A stretch of DNA of 64,000 nucleotides, from positions 7,348 through 71,347 of the forward strand of contig CAYPKG010000007.1 of NCBI GenBank assembly GCA_964411275.1, in the 5' to 3' direction. Position 1 is the stretch's first letter. Every line of letters starts with the position of its first letter. The stretch is from an uncultured Oscillospiraceae bacterium (lineage in GTDB: Bacteria; Bacillota; Clostridia; Christensenellales; CAG-138). A program made the translations under genes and the position numbers. Shown here in pieces: positions 8,999-19,247 of this stretch. Below the pieces are notes generated by a model. It saw only the letters and a program-made list of their open reading frames with translations, was not told the origin of the DNA and searched no databases.

Positions 8999-9855
8999 AA
9001 AGAACCTATCATTGCCCAAATTCCCTGGAGGAATTGCTTGCGCTCAGGAATGAAATCCCAAAGGCCGCAATCCTTGCGGGAGGCACGGATCTTCTTGTAT
9101 ATCTTCATGAGGGAAAAATCGATCCCCCCGCCATCATCGATATTGGGCGTATCGGGCCATTGCGGCGCATTTTTACCGGCGAACATCAAATTGTGCTGGG
9201 CGCTGCCGTGACCTTTTCCCGGGTCGAGGCATCCTGGGAGCTGCAACAATTCCTTCCGGGCCTTTGCCAGGCCGCAGCCAGCGTCGGCTCGCCGCAAATT
9301 CGCAACCGCGGGACGATCGGCGGCAGTATCGTCAATGCAAATCCATCCAGCGACGTGGTTCCCGCGCTGGTGGTTGCGGACGCAAAGGCGCTTTTGCTTT
9401 CCACAAGGGGTTCACGAACTTTAGCTTTAGATGAGTTCATTCTCGGTTCTGGCAAAACGGCGCTTGCTCCAGATGAAATACTTTATGAAATCCATATTCC
9501 CCGCCCCCCTGCCGGGGCGCGCATGCAGTTTTGTAAGATTGGGCGCAGAAACGCGCTTTCCATTGCGCGTCTGAATGGCGCATGTTACGCTGTCGTTGAG
9601 GATGGCGTCGTCCGTGATATTCGCATCTTAATTGGCGCAGCGACAAACCGGCCCATGCGCATGAGCATAGCCGAAGGCCTGCTGACTGGCGTAAGTCCGG
9701 ATAAAGCGCTGCTCGCCGAGGCAGGCGATGCGATCACAGCTGCTATTCTAAACACCACCGGCCGCCGCAGTTCAAGCGTTTACAAATTGCCTGTGGCGGC
9801 GGAGTTTTCCGCCCGGCTGATCCGAAACACCCTTGAAAGCGAGGCAATCCGATGA
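8995..9855 (+). CDS. Molybdenum hydroxylase FAD-binding subunit (CoxM/XdhB-like)
   Basis: 286 aa with LAGGTDLLV and IRNRGTIGGSI motifs. The GTG start overlaps the upstream stop by 4 nt. Confidence 0.9.
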   Translation: MKRTYHCPNSLEELLALRNEIPKAAILAGGTDLLVYLHEGKIDPPAIIDIGRIGPLRRIFTGEHQIVLGAAVTFSRVEASWELQQFLPGLCQAAASVGSPQIRNRGTIGGSIVNANPSSDVVPALVVADAKALLLSTRGSRTLALDEFILGSGKTALAPDEILYEIHIPRPPAGARMQFCKIGRRNALSIARLNGACYAVVEDGVVRDIRILIGAATNRPMRMSIAEGLLTGVSPDKALLAEAGDAITAAILNTTGRRSSSVYKLPVAAEFSARLIRNTLESEAIR

Positions 9856-10325
9856 TAACATTGCGCTTTATCCTAAACGGCGAAGAGGTTACCCTTTGTG
9901 ATGTGGATCCAACGATCACCCTCCTGCAACTGCTGCGCGATACGCTTGGGCTGACCGGAACGAAAAAGGGGTGTGGTGTTGGGGAATGCGGCGCCTGCAC
10001 GGTGATACTCGATGGGGAAGCGGTCAACTCCTGCCTCGTGCTCGCGGGTCAAGTGAATGGCGCCCAGGTGCTCACCGTGGAAGGGCTGGCAAAGAATGGC
10101 GGGCTTGACCGGTTACAGCAGGCCTTTATCGACCATCATGCGGTACAATGCGGCTTTTGTACCTCTGGAATGCTGATGAGCGCGAAAGCGCTGCTTCTGA
10201 AAAACCCTCATCCCTCTGAAGAGGAGATCAAGACCGCCTTGAGCGGAAATCTCTGCCGCTGCACAGGCTACAACAGCATTGTTTGTGCGGTTCAGCACGC
10301 GGCGGTTCCAAAAGAAAAGGAATAG
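9852..10325 (+). CDS. Molybdenum hydroxylase (2Fe-2S)-binding subunit (CoxS-like)
   Basis: 157 aa. Cluster motifs GCGVGECGACTV, CGFCTSGM and CRCTGY. 4-nt overlap with the upstream gene. Confidence 0.95.
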   Translation: MITLRFILNGEEVTLCDVDPTITLLQLLRDTLGLTGTKKGCGVGECGACTVILDGEAVNSCLVLAGQVNGAQVLTVEGLAKNGGLDRLQQAFIDHHAVQCGFCTSGMLMSAKALLLKNPHPSEEEIKTALSGNLCRCTGYNSIVCAVQHAAVPKEKE

Positions 10326-10567
10326 CCCCGGGAGTTGCTGCCCGCCGCTTATTTCCCAAGCTTGCCCATAATGGCTCCTTTGCTTTGCAGATGGGGTCAC
10401 TGTGGGTTTTCTAATCGATGCAGGAAAAGCATCTGTGAGCAATTGAAAGCAAAACGCGCCTCCTATATTATTTAAGCTTAGTTTAAGGAAATCGTCACAT
10501 ACGGTTCTTGATCCGACGATTTCAACATGTTACTGTAATAAAAACAAGCACAAAGGATGCGCAAAAT

Positions 10568-11317
10568 ATGAGTAATTTTTCGGACACGGTGGAAACAATC
10601 GGCGAGGGGGCAGGCTTTGCGCTCTTTGGCAGTAGTCATCTGATTTGGCTGGCCATATGCATTGCCACGATCCTTATTTGCTGTTTTCTCTATCGAAAAC
10701 GCGACGTTGCCTTTCGCGCCCGCATGCGAAAGACTGTGGCGGTATTGTTGGTGGCTGATGAGCTATTTAAGGTGGCCATGCTCCTCCTCTACGGCAATTA
10801 TATGGCCAAATACCTGCCGTTGCATCTATGCAGCATCAATATCTTTTTGATCGTTGTCCATGCGTGGCGGCCGTCGAAGCTGCTGGATAATTTCCTCTAT
10901 CTCATCTGCATCCCGGCTGCCGTGGCCGCACTGCTGTTCCCGTCATGGACAAGCCTTCCGGTTTTAAACTTTATGCATCTGCACAGCTTTACCATACACA
11001 TCCTGCTGGCTTTGTATCCCCTGATGCTGCTTGCGGGCGGGGACATAAAGCCCGCGCCGCGATACCTGCCGAAATGCCTTTTGCTGCTGGTCGGGATGGC
11101 AATTCCTCTGTATGTGGTCAATCTGGCTTTTGATACGAACTTCATGTTTCTCATGTACCCAGAGGCAGAAAACCCGCTCTGCTGGTTTCGGGATCACTGG
11201 GGCAATCATTTGTACGGATATCCCATTCTGATCGCGCTGGTAATCGCCCTCATGTACCTGCCGGCGGTATTGCTAAAAAAACGCCGAAGCGCCGTACAAA
11301 TACAACCGCCTGCTTAA
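10568..11317 (+). CDS. Polytopic membrane protein, YwaF/TIGR02206-like
   Basis: About 7 hydrophobic segments. The ATG at 10568 is preferred over the track start at 10508. Family assignment from memory only. Confidence 0.55.
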   Translation: MSNFSDTVETIGEGAGFALFGSSHLIWLAICIATILICCFLYRKRDVAFRARMRKTVAVLLVADELFKVAMLLLYGNYMAKYLPLHLCSINIFLIVVHAWRPSKLLDNFLYLICIPAAVAALLFPSWTSLPVLNFMHLHSFTIHILLALYPLMLLAGGDIKPAPRYLPKCLLLLVGMAIPLYVVNLAFDTNFMFLMYPEAENPLCWFRDHWGNHLYGYPILIALVIALMYLPAVLLKKRRSAVQIQPPA

Positions 11318-11348
11318 TTGATTTTCACCTGCGAAGAAAACCCGGGGC

Positions 11349-12197
11349 CTAGCGCCGCAGCCCCAGATATGCCGCCATCCCGCCTGTGTTTCCCTGATCC
11401 CGGCGGTGAGAGTATAGTTTTTCAGGCTCTTCGTAGGTACATACGCCGCAAAGCGTGATGTGTTCGGGCATTATCCCGGCCTCCAAAAACTGCGCGGCGG
11501 CCACCATGGGAAGATCCACATGGGCGTGTCCGGGCCGTCCCGGGCTTACGCAGGGGATGCCTGGAAACGCCCTTTCAAATTCTTCCCCCAGGGATTGGGA
11601 CACCTCAAAGCAGCTGCGGCATATGCAAGGCCCCACCGCCGCCATAATATGTTCCGGTTTTGCGCCATAGTGCTCCACCATAGCCCGAACCACCGAAAGG
11701 CCAATCCGGCCAAACGCCCCTTTCCAGCCCGCATGAGCAAGGCCAATCAAGCGGCGGACAGGGTCAACGAAATACAGCGGCATGCAGTCCGCGTGTCCCG
11801 TAATCAGGGTAATGTCCGGGTCATCGGTAACCAGCCCGTCACAGGGCGGAAGGGATGGCCTGAGATACCCCATGCCGGCATGGCGTTTGTCCACCCGCAG
11901 CACCGTAACCCCATGCTCAAAGCTGTCCATCACCATGCTTTCCCACGGAATGCCTGCCGCAAGCGCAAAGCGCCGGTGGTTTTCCATGACGGTTTCCCGC
12001 AGCTCGTCCGGGCGGGTAAAGCTTAAATTCAGGCTGGCGTAATCCCCCACGCTGACCCCGCCCGTGCGGGAGCTGAGCCCGTGGCGCACAAGCCCGGTTT
12101 GGGAAAACGCCGGAAACGAAAACAGGCCCACGCCATTGCGCTCTTCATAGGCGCAATCCCGGCAAAGGGCCTGCCAGGCAGTTTCAAATGATGTCAT
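11349..12197 (-). CDS. pgeF: Peptidoglycan editing factor PgeF (YfiH/DUF152, laccase-domain protein)
   Basis: 282 aa with [15 protein letters not shown] and CGVCT motifs. Confidence 0.85.
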   Translation of the reverse strand: MTSFETAWQALCRDCAYEERNGVGLFSFPAFSQTGLVRHGLSSRTGGVSVGDYASLNLSFTRPDELRETVMENHRRFALAAGIPWESMVMDSFEHGVTVLRVDKRHAGMGYLRPSLPPCDGLVTDDPDITLITGHADCMPLYFVDPVRRLIGLAHAGWKGAFGRIGLSVVRAMVEHYGAKPEHIMAAVGPCICRSCFEVSQSLGEEFERAFPGIPCVSPGRPGHAHVDLPMVAAAQFLEAGIMPEHITLCGVCTYEEPEKLYSHRRDQGNTGGMAAYLGLRR

Positions 12198-12652
12198 TTG
12201 CTCTCCTGAAGCAGCAGCTCCAGCTCCTTCATAAATGTGTTGATGTCCTTAAACTGGCGGTACACCGAGGCAAAGCGCACATACGCCACCTCGTCGAGGA
12301 TTTTCAGTCGTTTGATCACCATCTCCCCGATCTTTGTGCTTTCGATCTCCTGCTCCAGGGTGTTAAACACCTCGCGCACGACCTCATCCACCAGGTTTTC
12401 CTGCTCTGCCGCGGACACCGGCCGCTTTTCCGTCGCCCGGCGCACGCCATTTAATATCTTGTTGCTGTCGAACGACTCCCTGCGGCCATCCCGTTTGATG
12501 ACCATGATGGGAAGTTCCTCGATCTTCTCATAGGTGGTAAAGCGCTTGCCGCAGCCAATGCACTCCCTGCGGCGGCGAATGGAAGACCCATCCTCTGTAG
12601 GGCGGCTGTCGATGACTTTGCTGTCCGTACTACCACAATATCTGCATTTCAT
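12194..12652 (-). CDS. nrdR: Transcriptional repressor NrdR
   Basis: [42 protein letters not shown] zinc ribbon plus an ATP-cone. 4-nt overlap with pgeF. Confidence 0.97.
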   Translation of the reverse strand: MKCRYCGSTDSKVIDSRPTEDGSSIRRRRECIGCGKRFTTYEKIEELPIMVIKRDGRRESFDSNKILNGVRRATEKRPVSAAEQENLVDEVVREVFNTLEQEIESTKIGEMVIKRLKILDEVAYVRFASVYRQFKDINTFMKELELLLQESK

Positions 12653-12778
12653 TTGTGCAATTCCACCGTTCTATTGATATGACAGGGGCCGCAATTTAGA
12701 GAAACTACGGCCTTGCCTGGGCGAGGAAAGCCAAGTTCATATACTTGACTTCCCCTGCCATATCCCAGTATACCATGG

Positions 12779-13024
12779 CTACGGTTCCAATTCCACCAAA
12801 ATCACATCATCCCCGATCTTTTTGATGTCACAATAGGGAATAACCAGCTCCTCATTGCTGCGCAAAATGCCCATCAGCCTGCTCGGGCCGGGGGCAATGA
12901 TCGCCGTGATGTTGCCATCGCACTCGTCAATCTCCAGATCGCAGATATTGCCAAGCCGCGCGCCATCGCACACATTGATTATCTCCTTGCGCCGAAGCTC
13001 CGAAAACGTAGTGCAGGCGGACAT
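12779..13024 (-). CDS. YlmC/YmxH-family sporulation protein (PRC barrel)
   Basis: GGAGG lies 7 nt before the ATG at 13024. Sequence INVCDGARLGNICDLEIDECDGNITAII. The track's N-terminal extension is not supported. Confidence 0.8.
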   Translation of the reverse strand: MSACTTFSELRRKEIINVCDGARLGNICDLEIDECDGNITAIIAPGPSRLMGILRSNEELVIPYCDIKKIGDDVILVELEP

Positions 13025-13062
13025 ATGCACCCCTCCTTTCCTTTTCGGTCTTTCATAGGGGA

Positions 13063-14343
13063 TCAAACCAACTTCGTGATGCTGTACAGGCTTGTCAAAG
13101 CCAGCCAGTTGGGAAGGAAAAAATTGTCTATGGTCCAATAGCTCACCCCCGCAAGACCGTATTGATCTACCAGCCGCAGCCGGGCAACGTCGCTTTTCGC
13201 ATCCTCAAACCAGACAACGTGCTCGCGCCCCTCATCGTCGAAGTATTGGAAGAACGGAGCCTGTGACGCCTCGTCAAACTGGATATTGGCGCCCCGCTCC
13301 CTGGCAATTTCCAGCGCTTCCCGGTTGGAAATGGGATCCGCCCGGCTTCCCTCCACATACGGCAGCGTCCAGTCGTAACCGTAGTTGGGCATGCCCATGA
13401 GTATCTTTTCGGGCGGGATTTCCGTCACGGCATATTCAATCACCCGCTCCACAGGCCCAACGGGCGCTACCGCCATAGGTGGGCCATAGAGGTACCCCCA
13501 TTCATACGTCATGATGATCACCCGGTCCATAAACTCTCCGTGGGCACGGTAGTCATGGGCGGTGTACAGCCGCCCCTGCTGGCCGGCGGTAAGCTTTGGC
13601 GCCACTGCGGAGGACAGGTGATACCCGAGAGGGCGAAGCCGGTTGGCCGTCTTTTCCAAAAAGGAGTTATACAGCGTGCGCTCCCCTTCAAACACATACT
13701 CGAAGTCGATGTCCAGGCCGTAATACCCTTTTTCCGACAGCACAGCCTCCACATTGGCCAGCAATGTGTTCTGCGCCTCGGGGCTGGTGAGGATGGAGCT
13801 GGCGGTTTCGCTGTTGAACCCGCCCTCCTCGGCGAGGTTTGTGATTACCATCATTGGCGCAACCCCCTGCGCCTTGGCGGCGGCGATCAAAGGCGCGTCC
13901 TCGATGGGCCTAAGGCTCCCGTCCGGGTTAACAGCATAGCTGAATATGGAAAGGTATGTCAGAAACGGCAGCGTCGCCTCCAGTATTTCCATATTGACTC
14001 CCGGATAGCAATAGCCGTTTACCTCGATGTACGGCTTTTCCACGTTCTGGGCAGGAATACGGATATCGCTATACTCGTCGATCATAGCCGGATTTTGAAT
14101 TTCCGGATTGATGCGCAAAAGCGCCGGGACATCGGTATTGAAGCTACCCGCAATCTGGTACAGGGATTGCCCGGGGGAAACCCGGTATTCCCAATACGCC
14201 ACCGGCAATAGTAAAGTCTGCCCGGGAATGAGGTATTCCGGCCGGTCGATATCGTTGTCGTTTAGCACCTGTGCCGGATCCACGCCGTATCGCCGCGCGA
14301 TTGTGTATACGGTATCCCCCGGCTGTATGGTATGCAAAATCAT
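13063..14343 (-). CDS. LysM-LysM-GH18 peptidoglycan hydrolase (YaaH-like spore protein)
   Basis: Two LysM repeats (HTIQPGDTVYTIARRYGV, YRVSPGQSLYQIAGSFNT). GH18 motif GLDIDFEY. Start at the ATG at 14343, preceded by AAGGGGGA. Confidence 0.85.
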   Translation of the reverse strand: MILHTIQPGDTVYTIARRYGVDPAQVLNDNDIDRPEYLIPGQTLLLPVAYWEYRVSPGQSLYQIAGSFNTDVPALLRINPEIQNPAMIDEYSDIRIPAQNVEKPYIEVNGYCYPGVNMEILEATLPFLTYLSIFSYAVNPDGSLRPIEDAPLIAAAKAQGVAPMMVITNLAEEGGFNSETASSILTSPEAQNTLLANVEAVLSEKGYYGLDIDFEYVFEGERTLYNSFLEKTANRLRPLGYHLSSAVAPKLTAGQQGRLYTAHDYRAHGEFMDRVIIMTYEWGYLYGPPMAVAPVGPVERVIEYAVTEIPPEKILMGMPNYGYDWTLPYVEGSRADPISNREALEIARERGANIQFDEASQAPFFQYFDDEGREHVVWFEDAKSDVARLRLVDQYGLAGVSYWTIDNFFLPNWLALTSLYSITKLV

Positions 14344-14361
14344 GTCGTATCCCCCTTTTCG

Positions 14362-14653
14362 CCTTACCTTAAGGTAAGGAAAGCTGAACCCGTGTGCCCA
14401 AAGTAGCCGTTTATGGGCCGTTTCTTTGTTCTCGTGCGTCGGTGTAGCCCCGCTACACCTTCCTCCTCGGCCTCGAAATGGCCTCATACTCGACTACTTT
14501 GGGTCAGAGAGTTTTCGTTTGTGAAGTGCTTGCTTGTGCTAGACGCCGTGGTGCAGGCGTGGTGGGGCCACGGCAAGCTGCGGCAACAACGCACAAGCCA
14601 GTGCAGCACAAGCGAAAACCACATGGGTTCGGCTCTCCTTACCTTACCTTAAG
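14362..14653. repeat. Composite nested palindromic (MITE-like) element, repeat family 1
   Basis: Perfect 18-bp palindrome CCTTACCTTAAGGTAAGG at 14362-14379. Inverted unit at 14368-14439. The oppositely oriented unit is split into 14491-14503 and 14620-14653 by a 116-bp self-complementary insert at 14504-14619. An 8-bp hairpin lies at 14441-14459. Confidence 0.7.
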
Positions 14654-14753
14654 CATATGCGAAAAAACTGGCAGGATGCGCCGGAAAAAATGCACTTTAT
14701 TCTCTCACAGTAATACGGTATAGTAAGAGCAGTTTAGGATAGGGTGAATATCA

Positions 14754-15608
14754 ATGAAGATTATTGACGCACATATGCATTTCGTGCCGGGTGACCGGTA
14801 TTTTTCACAAACCGCCCAGGCAGCGGGGGAAGAAAACACGGTTACCTGGGTTCAAAATAGTTTTGCACAGGCAGGGATCGTTGGGGCGGTGATCATGGGC
14901 AACCGCAGCCTGTCGCTGAAGGATCATCAGTATCCCCCCGGATTTTTCTATTGCATCGGTATCGACCGCCAGACAGCGCGGGAGATGCGAGGCTCGCTTT
15001 CTCTTATCGAGCAGCATCTTCGGCGGCCGGATTGCGTGGGTGTGAAGCTTTATCCCGGATATAACAAAACATACGTTACCGATCCCATTTATGCGCCGCT
15101 GTACGTACTGGCCTCCCGGTATCGAAAGCCGGTGGCCATCCACACCGGGGAAACGGCAAATCCCAACGCATATCTCAAATACTGCCATCCCCTGACGCTG
15201 GACGAACTGGCGGCGGAGCATCCGGATGTGGAATTCATCATGTGCCATTTTGGCAATCCGTTTTTGCCGGACGCGGCGGCGGTGGTCAGCAAAAACCCCA
15301 ACGTATCCGCCGACCTGTCGGGTTTGCTGGAAGGGAAGGTGGATGTCCCCCGCCTGTTTTGTGAGCAGGGCGCTTATATCGAGCAGCTGCGGGCCTGGAC
15401 GTCGTATACCGGCTATGAAAAACTCATGTTCGGTACCGACTGGCCCCTCTCGGATCACGGGGGGAATATCGAATTCTTCAAGCGCCTGATCCCACAGCGG
15501 CATTGGGACGCCTTCTTTTACGAAAACGCCAGGCGGATATATGGTTTACCCGTTAACGCCGCAGCATCAAAAACTCAAACAGATTTCGCGAAAAGGAGCA
15601 ATGTATGA
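14754..15608 (+). CDS. TIM-barrel metal-dependent amidohydrolase family protein
   Basis: 284 aa. N-terminal IIDAHMHFVPG (HxH). Confidence 0.8.
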   Translation: MKIIDAHMHFVPGDRYFSQTAQAAGEENTVTWVQNSFAQAGIVGAVIMGNRSLSLKDHQYPPGFFYCIGIDRQTAREMRGSLSLIEQHLRRPDCVGVKLYPGYNKTYVTDPIYAPLYVLASRYRKPVAIHTGETANPNAYLKYCHPLTLDELAAEHPDVEFIMCHFGNPFLPDAAAVVSKNPNVSADLSGLLEGKVDVPRLFCEQGAYIEQLRAWTSYTGYEKLMFGTDWPLSDHGGNIEFFKRLIPQRHWDAFFYENARRIYGLPVNAAASKTQTDFAKRSNV

Positions 15609-16336
15609 AACTGACGACCATATTGTTTGATTTGGATGGCACATTGCTGCCCCTTGACCAGGATGTCTTTATTCAAACCTATTTTGATCTGTTATCAAGG
15701 GAATGCGGCCGCATGGGGCTAAATGGCAAGACGGCCATTCAGGGCGTGTGGGCAGGAACCGAGGCCATGATTAAAAACGACGGCCGGGCGCTGAACCGGG
15801 AACGGTTCTGGGACGCGTTCGCCGCGCTGATGGGAGAAGACGTCCGGGAACTGGAGCCTCATTTCGACCGGTTTTACGATACGGTCTTTCACGAGGTCAA
15901 GGCGGTGACTGGGCCTACGCCTATGGCCGCAGAATGTGTGCGGATATTAAAGGAAAAGGGATATCGGCTCGTTCTGTCCACAAACCCGCTGTTTCCGCTG
16001 GTGGGGGTACACGCCCGCCTGTCTTGGGCGGGGATCGATCCGGCTCAGTTTCTTCACATCACCCACTACAAAAATTCTCACTATTGCAAGCCCAATCCGG
16101 CCTATTTTCAGGAGATACTCGACACGATCGGCGCCGATCCCCGGGAAAGCATCGTCGTCGGCAACGATGCCCGGGAGGATATGTCCGCGGCACAGCTGGG
16201 GTGCGCCACGTTTTTAGTCACCGATTGTCTGGAGCATGAGGGCGCCGAGCCACCCCCCCGGCCCTTTGGCGGGCTGGAGCTTACCGGCAGTCTCGCCGAT
16301 TTCAAGGCGTGGATCGGCACTCTTAGAGCCATATGA
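15605..16336 (+). CDS. HAD-superfamily hydrolase
   Basis: Motif I ILFDLDGTLL. 4-nt overlap with the amidohydrolase gene. Confidence 0.85.
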   Translation: MKLTTILFDLDGTLLPLDQDVFIQTYFDLLSRECGRMGLNGKTAIQGVWAGTEAMIKNDGRALNRERFWDAFAALMGEDVRELEPHFDRFYDTVFHEVKAVTGPTPMAAECVRILKEKGYRLVLSTNPLFPLVGVHARLSWAGIDPAQFLHITHYKNSHYCKPNPAYFQEILDTIGADPRESIVVGNDAREDMSAAQLGCATFLVTDCLEHEGAEPPPRPFGGLELTGSLADFKAWIGTLRAI

Positions 16337-16387
16337 TAAATCCCATCTGACTTCTTTTTAGTTTGTCTCAGCTTTTTTATATAGAAA

Positions 16388-16420
16388 GGGCTGCTGGAAA
16401 CACCATCTAGCCAGCAGCCC
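16388..16420. terminator. Hairpin between convergent genes
   Basis: Perfect 10-bp stem GGGCTGCTGG / CCAGCAGCCC with a 13-nt loop. A/T-rich flanks. Confidence 0.5.
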
Positions 16421-16432
16421 TGTAACTGATCC

Positions 16433-18052
16433 CTATAGTATAATCCCGTCCCATTTTTCCGCCATGGACTTCATATCCGCTTCCATAATGGACAGCTTCA
16501 ATTCCATGTCCGGCGAGCGCCGCTCGTCCGAGCGGTCCACAATACGCTCCAAACGCTCCAGCTGCTCCCGGATGCCGTAGCCCCGGGCTTTCGCGGCGAT
16601 TTCCACCACCGTTTCCTCCGGCACTTCCGGCGCCTGCCGTGCGCCCATGACAAGGTCATACCCGTCGCCCAAATCCGGCACCATCACCCGATAACCGAGA
16701 GATTCAATGGCATTCTCCAGGGACTCCAAAGCGTCCGGCTCGCCATGAACCAGGAATATGCCCCGTGGCTTGGGCGACACGGCCCGCACCCACTCGATCA
16801 GCTCGTCCTTGCCCGCGTGGCCGGAAAAGCCCTCCATCTGCTCGATGGTGGCGTTAACCCGGACCTCCTCGCCGAACAGCTTTACCTTTTTTACCCCGTC
16901 CAAAAGCGCCCTGCCCAGGGTGCCCTGGGCCTGATACCCGGCAAACAGGATCGTGCTGTCCGAACGGTACAGGTTGTGCTTCAGGTGATGGCGGATGCGG
17001 CCCGCATCGCACATGCCGGAGGCGGAAATGATAATCTTGCTTTCCTTGTCCTCGTTGATGAGCTTGCTTTCGTCCGCCGTCTGCGCCACCCTGAGCGTCA
17101 GGAAATCGAAGGGCGAGCCGCTTTTTGACAGGGCTATGGCCTCCTCGTCATAATAGCCGGCTGCGCAACGCTCGTAAATCTTGGTGGCCTCGATGCCAAG
17201 GGGGCTGTCGATATAGACCGGAACCCGTTCCAGGCCCTGCACCGCGTTCTTATACAGCAGGCGTTTGATGTAGTATAGAAGCTCCTGGGTACGGCCCACC
17301 GCGAAGGACGGGATCACCAGGTTGCCGCCCCGGGCAAGGGCGGTGCGGATCACGTTTGCCAGCTGCACTTCCTTGGCTTCGTTTGTGCTGATCTCATGAT
17401 TGCGGTTGCCGTAGGTGCCTTCCATGACCAGATAATCCGCGCTTTCGATGGTCTCCGGGTCTTTGATGATGGGCCTGTCGCTGCGGCCCACATCCCCGGA
17501 AAACACCACCTTGCTGGTTTTGCCGTCCTCCTCCGCCCAGACTTCGATGGCAGCGGATCCCAGAAGATGCCCGATGTCCACAAACCGCACCCGGATCTCC
17601 GGAAACAGCTGGATCATCTCGCCATAATTCACGCCGTGATACAGCTTCAGCGCGGCCTGGGCGTCCCTGACGGTGTAAAGCGGCTCCACCGCGGGCTTCC
17701 CAGCCCGAAGGTTCTTCCGGGTTTGCCATTCCGCGTCCTGCTCCTGAATGTGTCCGCTGTCCGGAAGCATGATCGTGGAAAGCTGGCTGGTTGCCTGGGT
17801 GGTCACCACCCTACCCGTAAATCCCCGCTTTACCAGCAGGGGAATGAGCCCGGAATGATCGATATGGGCGTGGGTGAGCAATACCGCATCCACCTTCGCC
17901 GGGTCAAAGGCAAACATGCCCTCGCCAAACACGCCCTTCGCGTCCGCGCCCTGGCGCATGCCACAGTCTACCAGGATCGTGCGCCCCCCACAGCTGAGCA
18001 TGTGACAGGAGCCCGTTACCGACCGCGCCGCGCCGTAAAATGTAATTTTCAT
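16433..18052 (-). CDS. Beta-CASP metallo-beta-lactamase-fold ribonuclease (RNA-metabolising MBL family)
   Basis: 539 aa with THAHIDHSG and beta-CASP architecture. RBS AAAGGAGG. Confidence 0.85.
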   Translation of the reverse strand: MKITFYGAARSVTGSCHMLSCGGRTILVDCGMRQGADAKGVFGEGMFAFDPAKVDAVLLTHAHIDHSGLIPLLVKRGFTGRVVTTQATSQLSTIMLPDSGHIQEQDAEWQTRKNLRAGKPAVEPLYTVRDAQAALKLYHGVNYGEMIQLFPEIRVRFVDIGHLLGSAAIEVWAEEDGKTSKVVFSGDVGRSDRPIIKDPETIESADYLVMEGTYGNRNHEISTNEAKEVQLANVIRTALARGGNLVIPSFAVGRTQELLYYIKRLLYKNAVQGLERVPVYIDSPLGIEATKIYERCAAGYYDEEAIALSKSGSPFDFLTLRVAQTADESKLINEDKESKIIISASGMCDAGRIRHHLKHNLYRSDSTILFAGYQAQGTLGRALLDGVKKVKLFGEEVRVNATIEQMEGFSGHAGKDELIEWVRAVSPKPRGIFLVHGEPDALESLENAIESLGYRVMVPDLGDGYDLVMGARQAPEVPEETVVEIAAKARGYGIREQLERLERIVDRSDERRSPDMELKLSIMEADMKSMAEKWDGIIL

Positions 18053-18235
18053 AGGTACCTCCTTTGGGGAAATTTCCAGGGAAACTTTTTGAAAAAAGCT
18101 TCCCTGGACCCTTGAAAAACTTTAATAATATATAGAAAACATTAGTTTTTTAGGGGCTGTAGTGCTAAGTGCACACCAAGCTTAATTAATCAGATGCACT
18201 TAGCGCTACAGCGGGCCGGCGGCTAGAAGAGCCGC

Positions 18236-18260
18236 AAAAAGGCGCCAGTGACGCCTTTTT
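18236..18260 (-). terminator. Bidirectional-type intrinsic terminator after the DegV pair
   Basis: AAAAAGGCG / CGCCTTTTT stem with A-run and T-run flanks. Confidence 0.6.
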
Positions 18261-18341
18261 AGGCCCCGGGTTTTCTCCGGAGGAGAAAAATCCTACTGTT
18301 TATGCAGCAATTGTGATTGCTGCTCCCCCTAACGTAACCCC

Positions 18342-19223
18342 TTATTTCGTCAACAGCGCGCGGTCCGGCGCGAAGAAGATAAGCGCCAGGGTGCCCGGCC
18401 CGCAGTGGCAGCCTATGACCGGGCCTACGTCATGAATACGTACGCCCTTGGGCTTTATATGCTCCTCCACCATCAGCTTGAGCGCCTGTGCCTCTTCCAT
18501 GCAGTCCGCCTGGCAGATGGTAATAACCTGCTCTTCGGGATGCTCGATTGTGGCGGCGCATTTTTCCAAAATATACTTTATGGCCTTTTTGCGGCCCTTG
18601 ACCTTATCGATGGGAACCAGCTTGCCGTCAGGACTGACATACAGAACCGGTTTGATTTCCAGCATGGTTCCAAAGAACGCCGCAGCGTTGCTGACCCGGC
18701 CGCCCCGGCGCAAATACTCGAGAGAATCTACCGTAAACAGCGCACAGGAGCGCTGCTTGTTGGCCTCCACCCAGTCCTTCACCTCGTCGAGGGACCAACC
18801 CATGTCCTGCTTACTATGCGCCTGCTCCACAAGCTGGCACAGCGGGCCGGAGATGGCCAGGGTATCCACAAGCTCAATCCGCCGCTCCGGATACTTTTCT
18901 AAAAGCTCTTCCTTTGCGATCATCTCGTTATGAAACGTGCCGGACAGCGCGGAGGAAAACGCCACATGCAGGATATCCAGGCCCTGCTGCAGGAATGGCT
19001 CAAAATACTCCACGATTTCCGCCGGATTGCGCTGGGCGGTGATCACGTTGGCCCCCGCGCGCATGCGCTCATAAAACCCCGGGATATCCGTTTCCCGCCC
19101 CAGATCATAAAAATATTCCACACCATTCTCCGTATACGGCATGCGCAGTACCGGCACCTGATAACGGTCCTCCCACTGGAAGGGTATTTCAGAATTCGAC
19201 TCGGTGGTAATAATATAGCTCAT
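18342..19223 (-). CDS. DegV-family fatty-acid-binding protein
   Basis: AAGGAG lies 7 nt before the ATG at 19223. C-terminal IGCHCGPGTLALIFF, typical of DegV. Confidence 0.88.
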   Translation of the reverse strand: MSYIITTESNSEIPFQWEDRYQVPVLRMPYTENGVEYFYDLGRETDIPGFYERMRAGANVITAQRNPAEIVEYFEPFLQQGLDILHVAFSSALSGTFHNEMIAKEELLEKYPERRIELVDTLAISGPLCQLVEQAHSKQDMGWSLDEVKDWVEANKQRSCALFTVDSLEYLRRGGRVSNAAAFFGTMLEIKPVLYVSPDGKLVPIDKVKGRKKAIKYILEKCAATIEHPEEQVITICQADCMEEAQALKLMVEEHIKPKGVRIHDVGPVIGCHCGPGTLALIFFAPDRALLTK

Positions 19224-19247
19224 GTAAATTCTCCTTGCATTCTCCAA

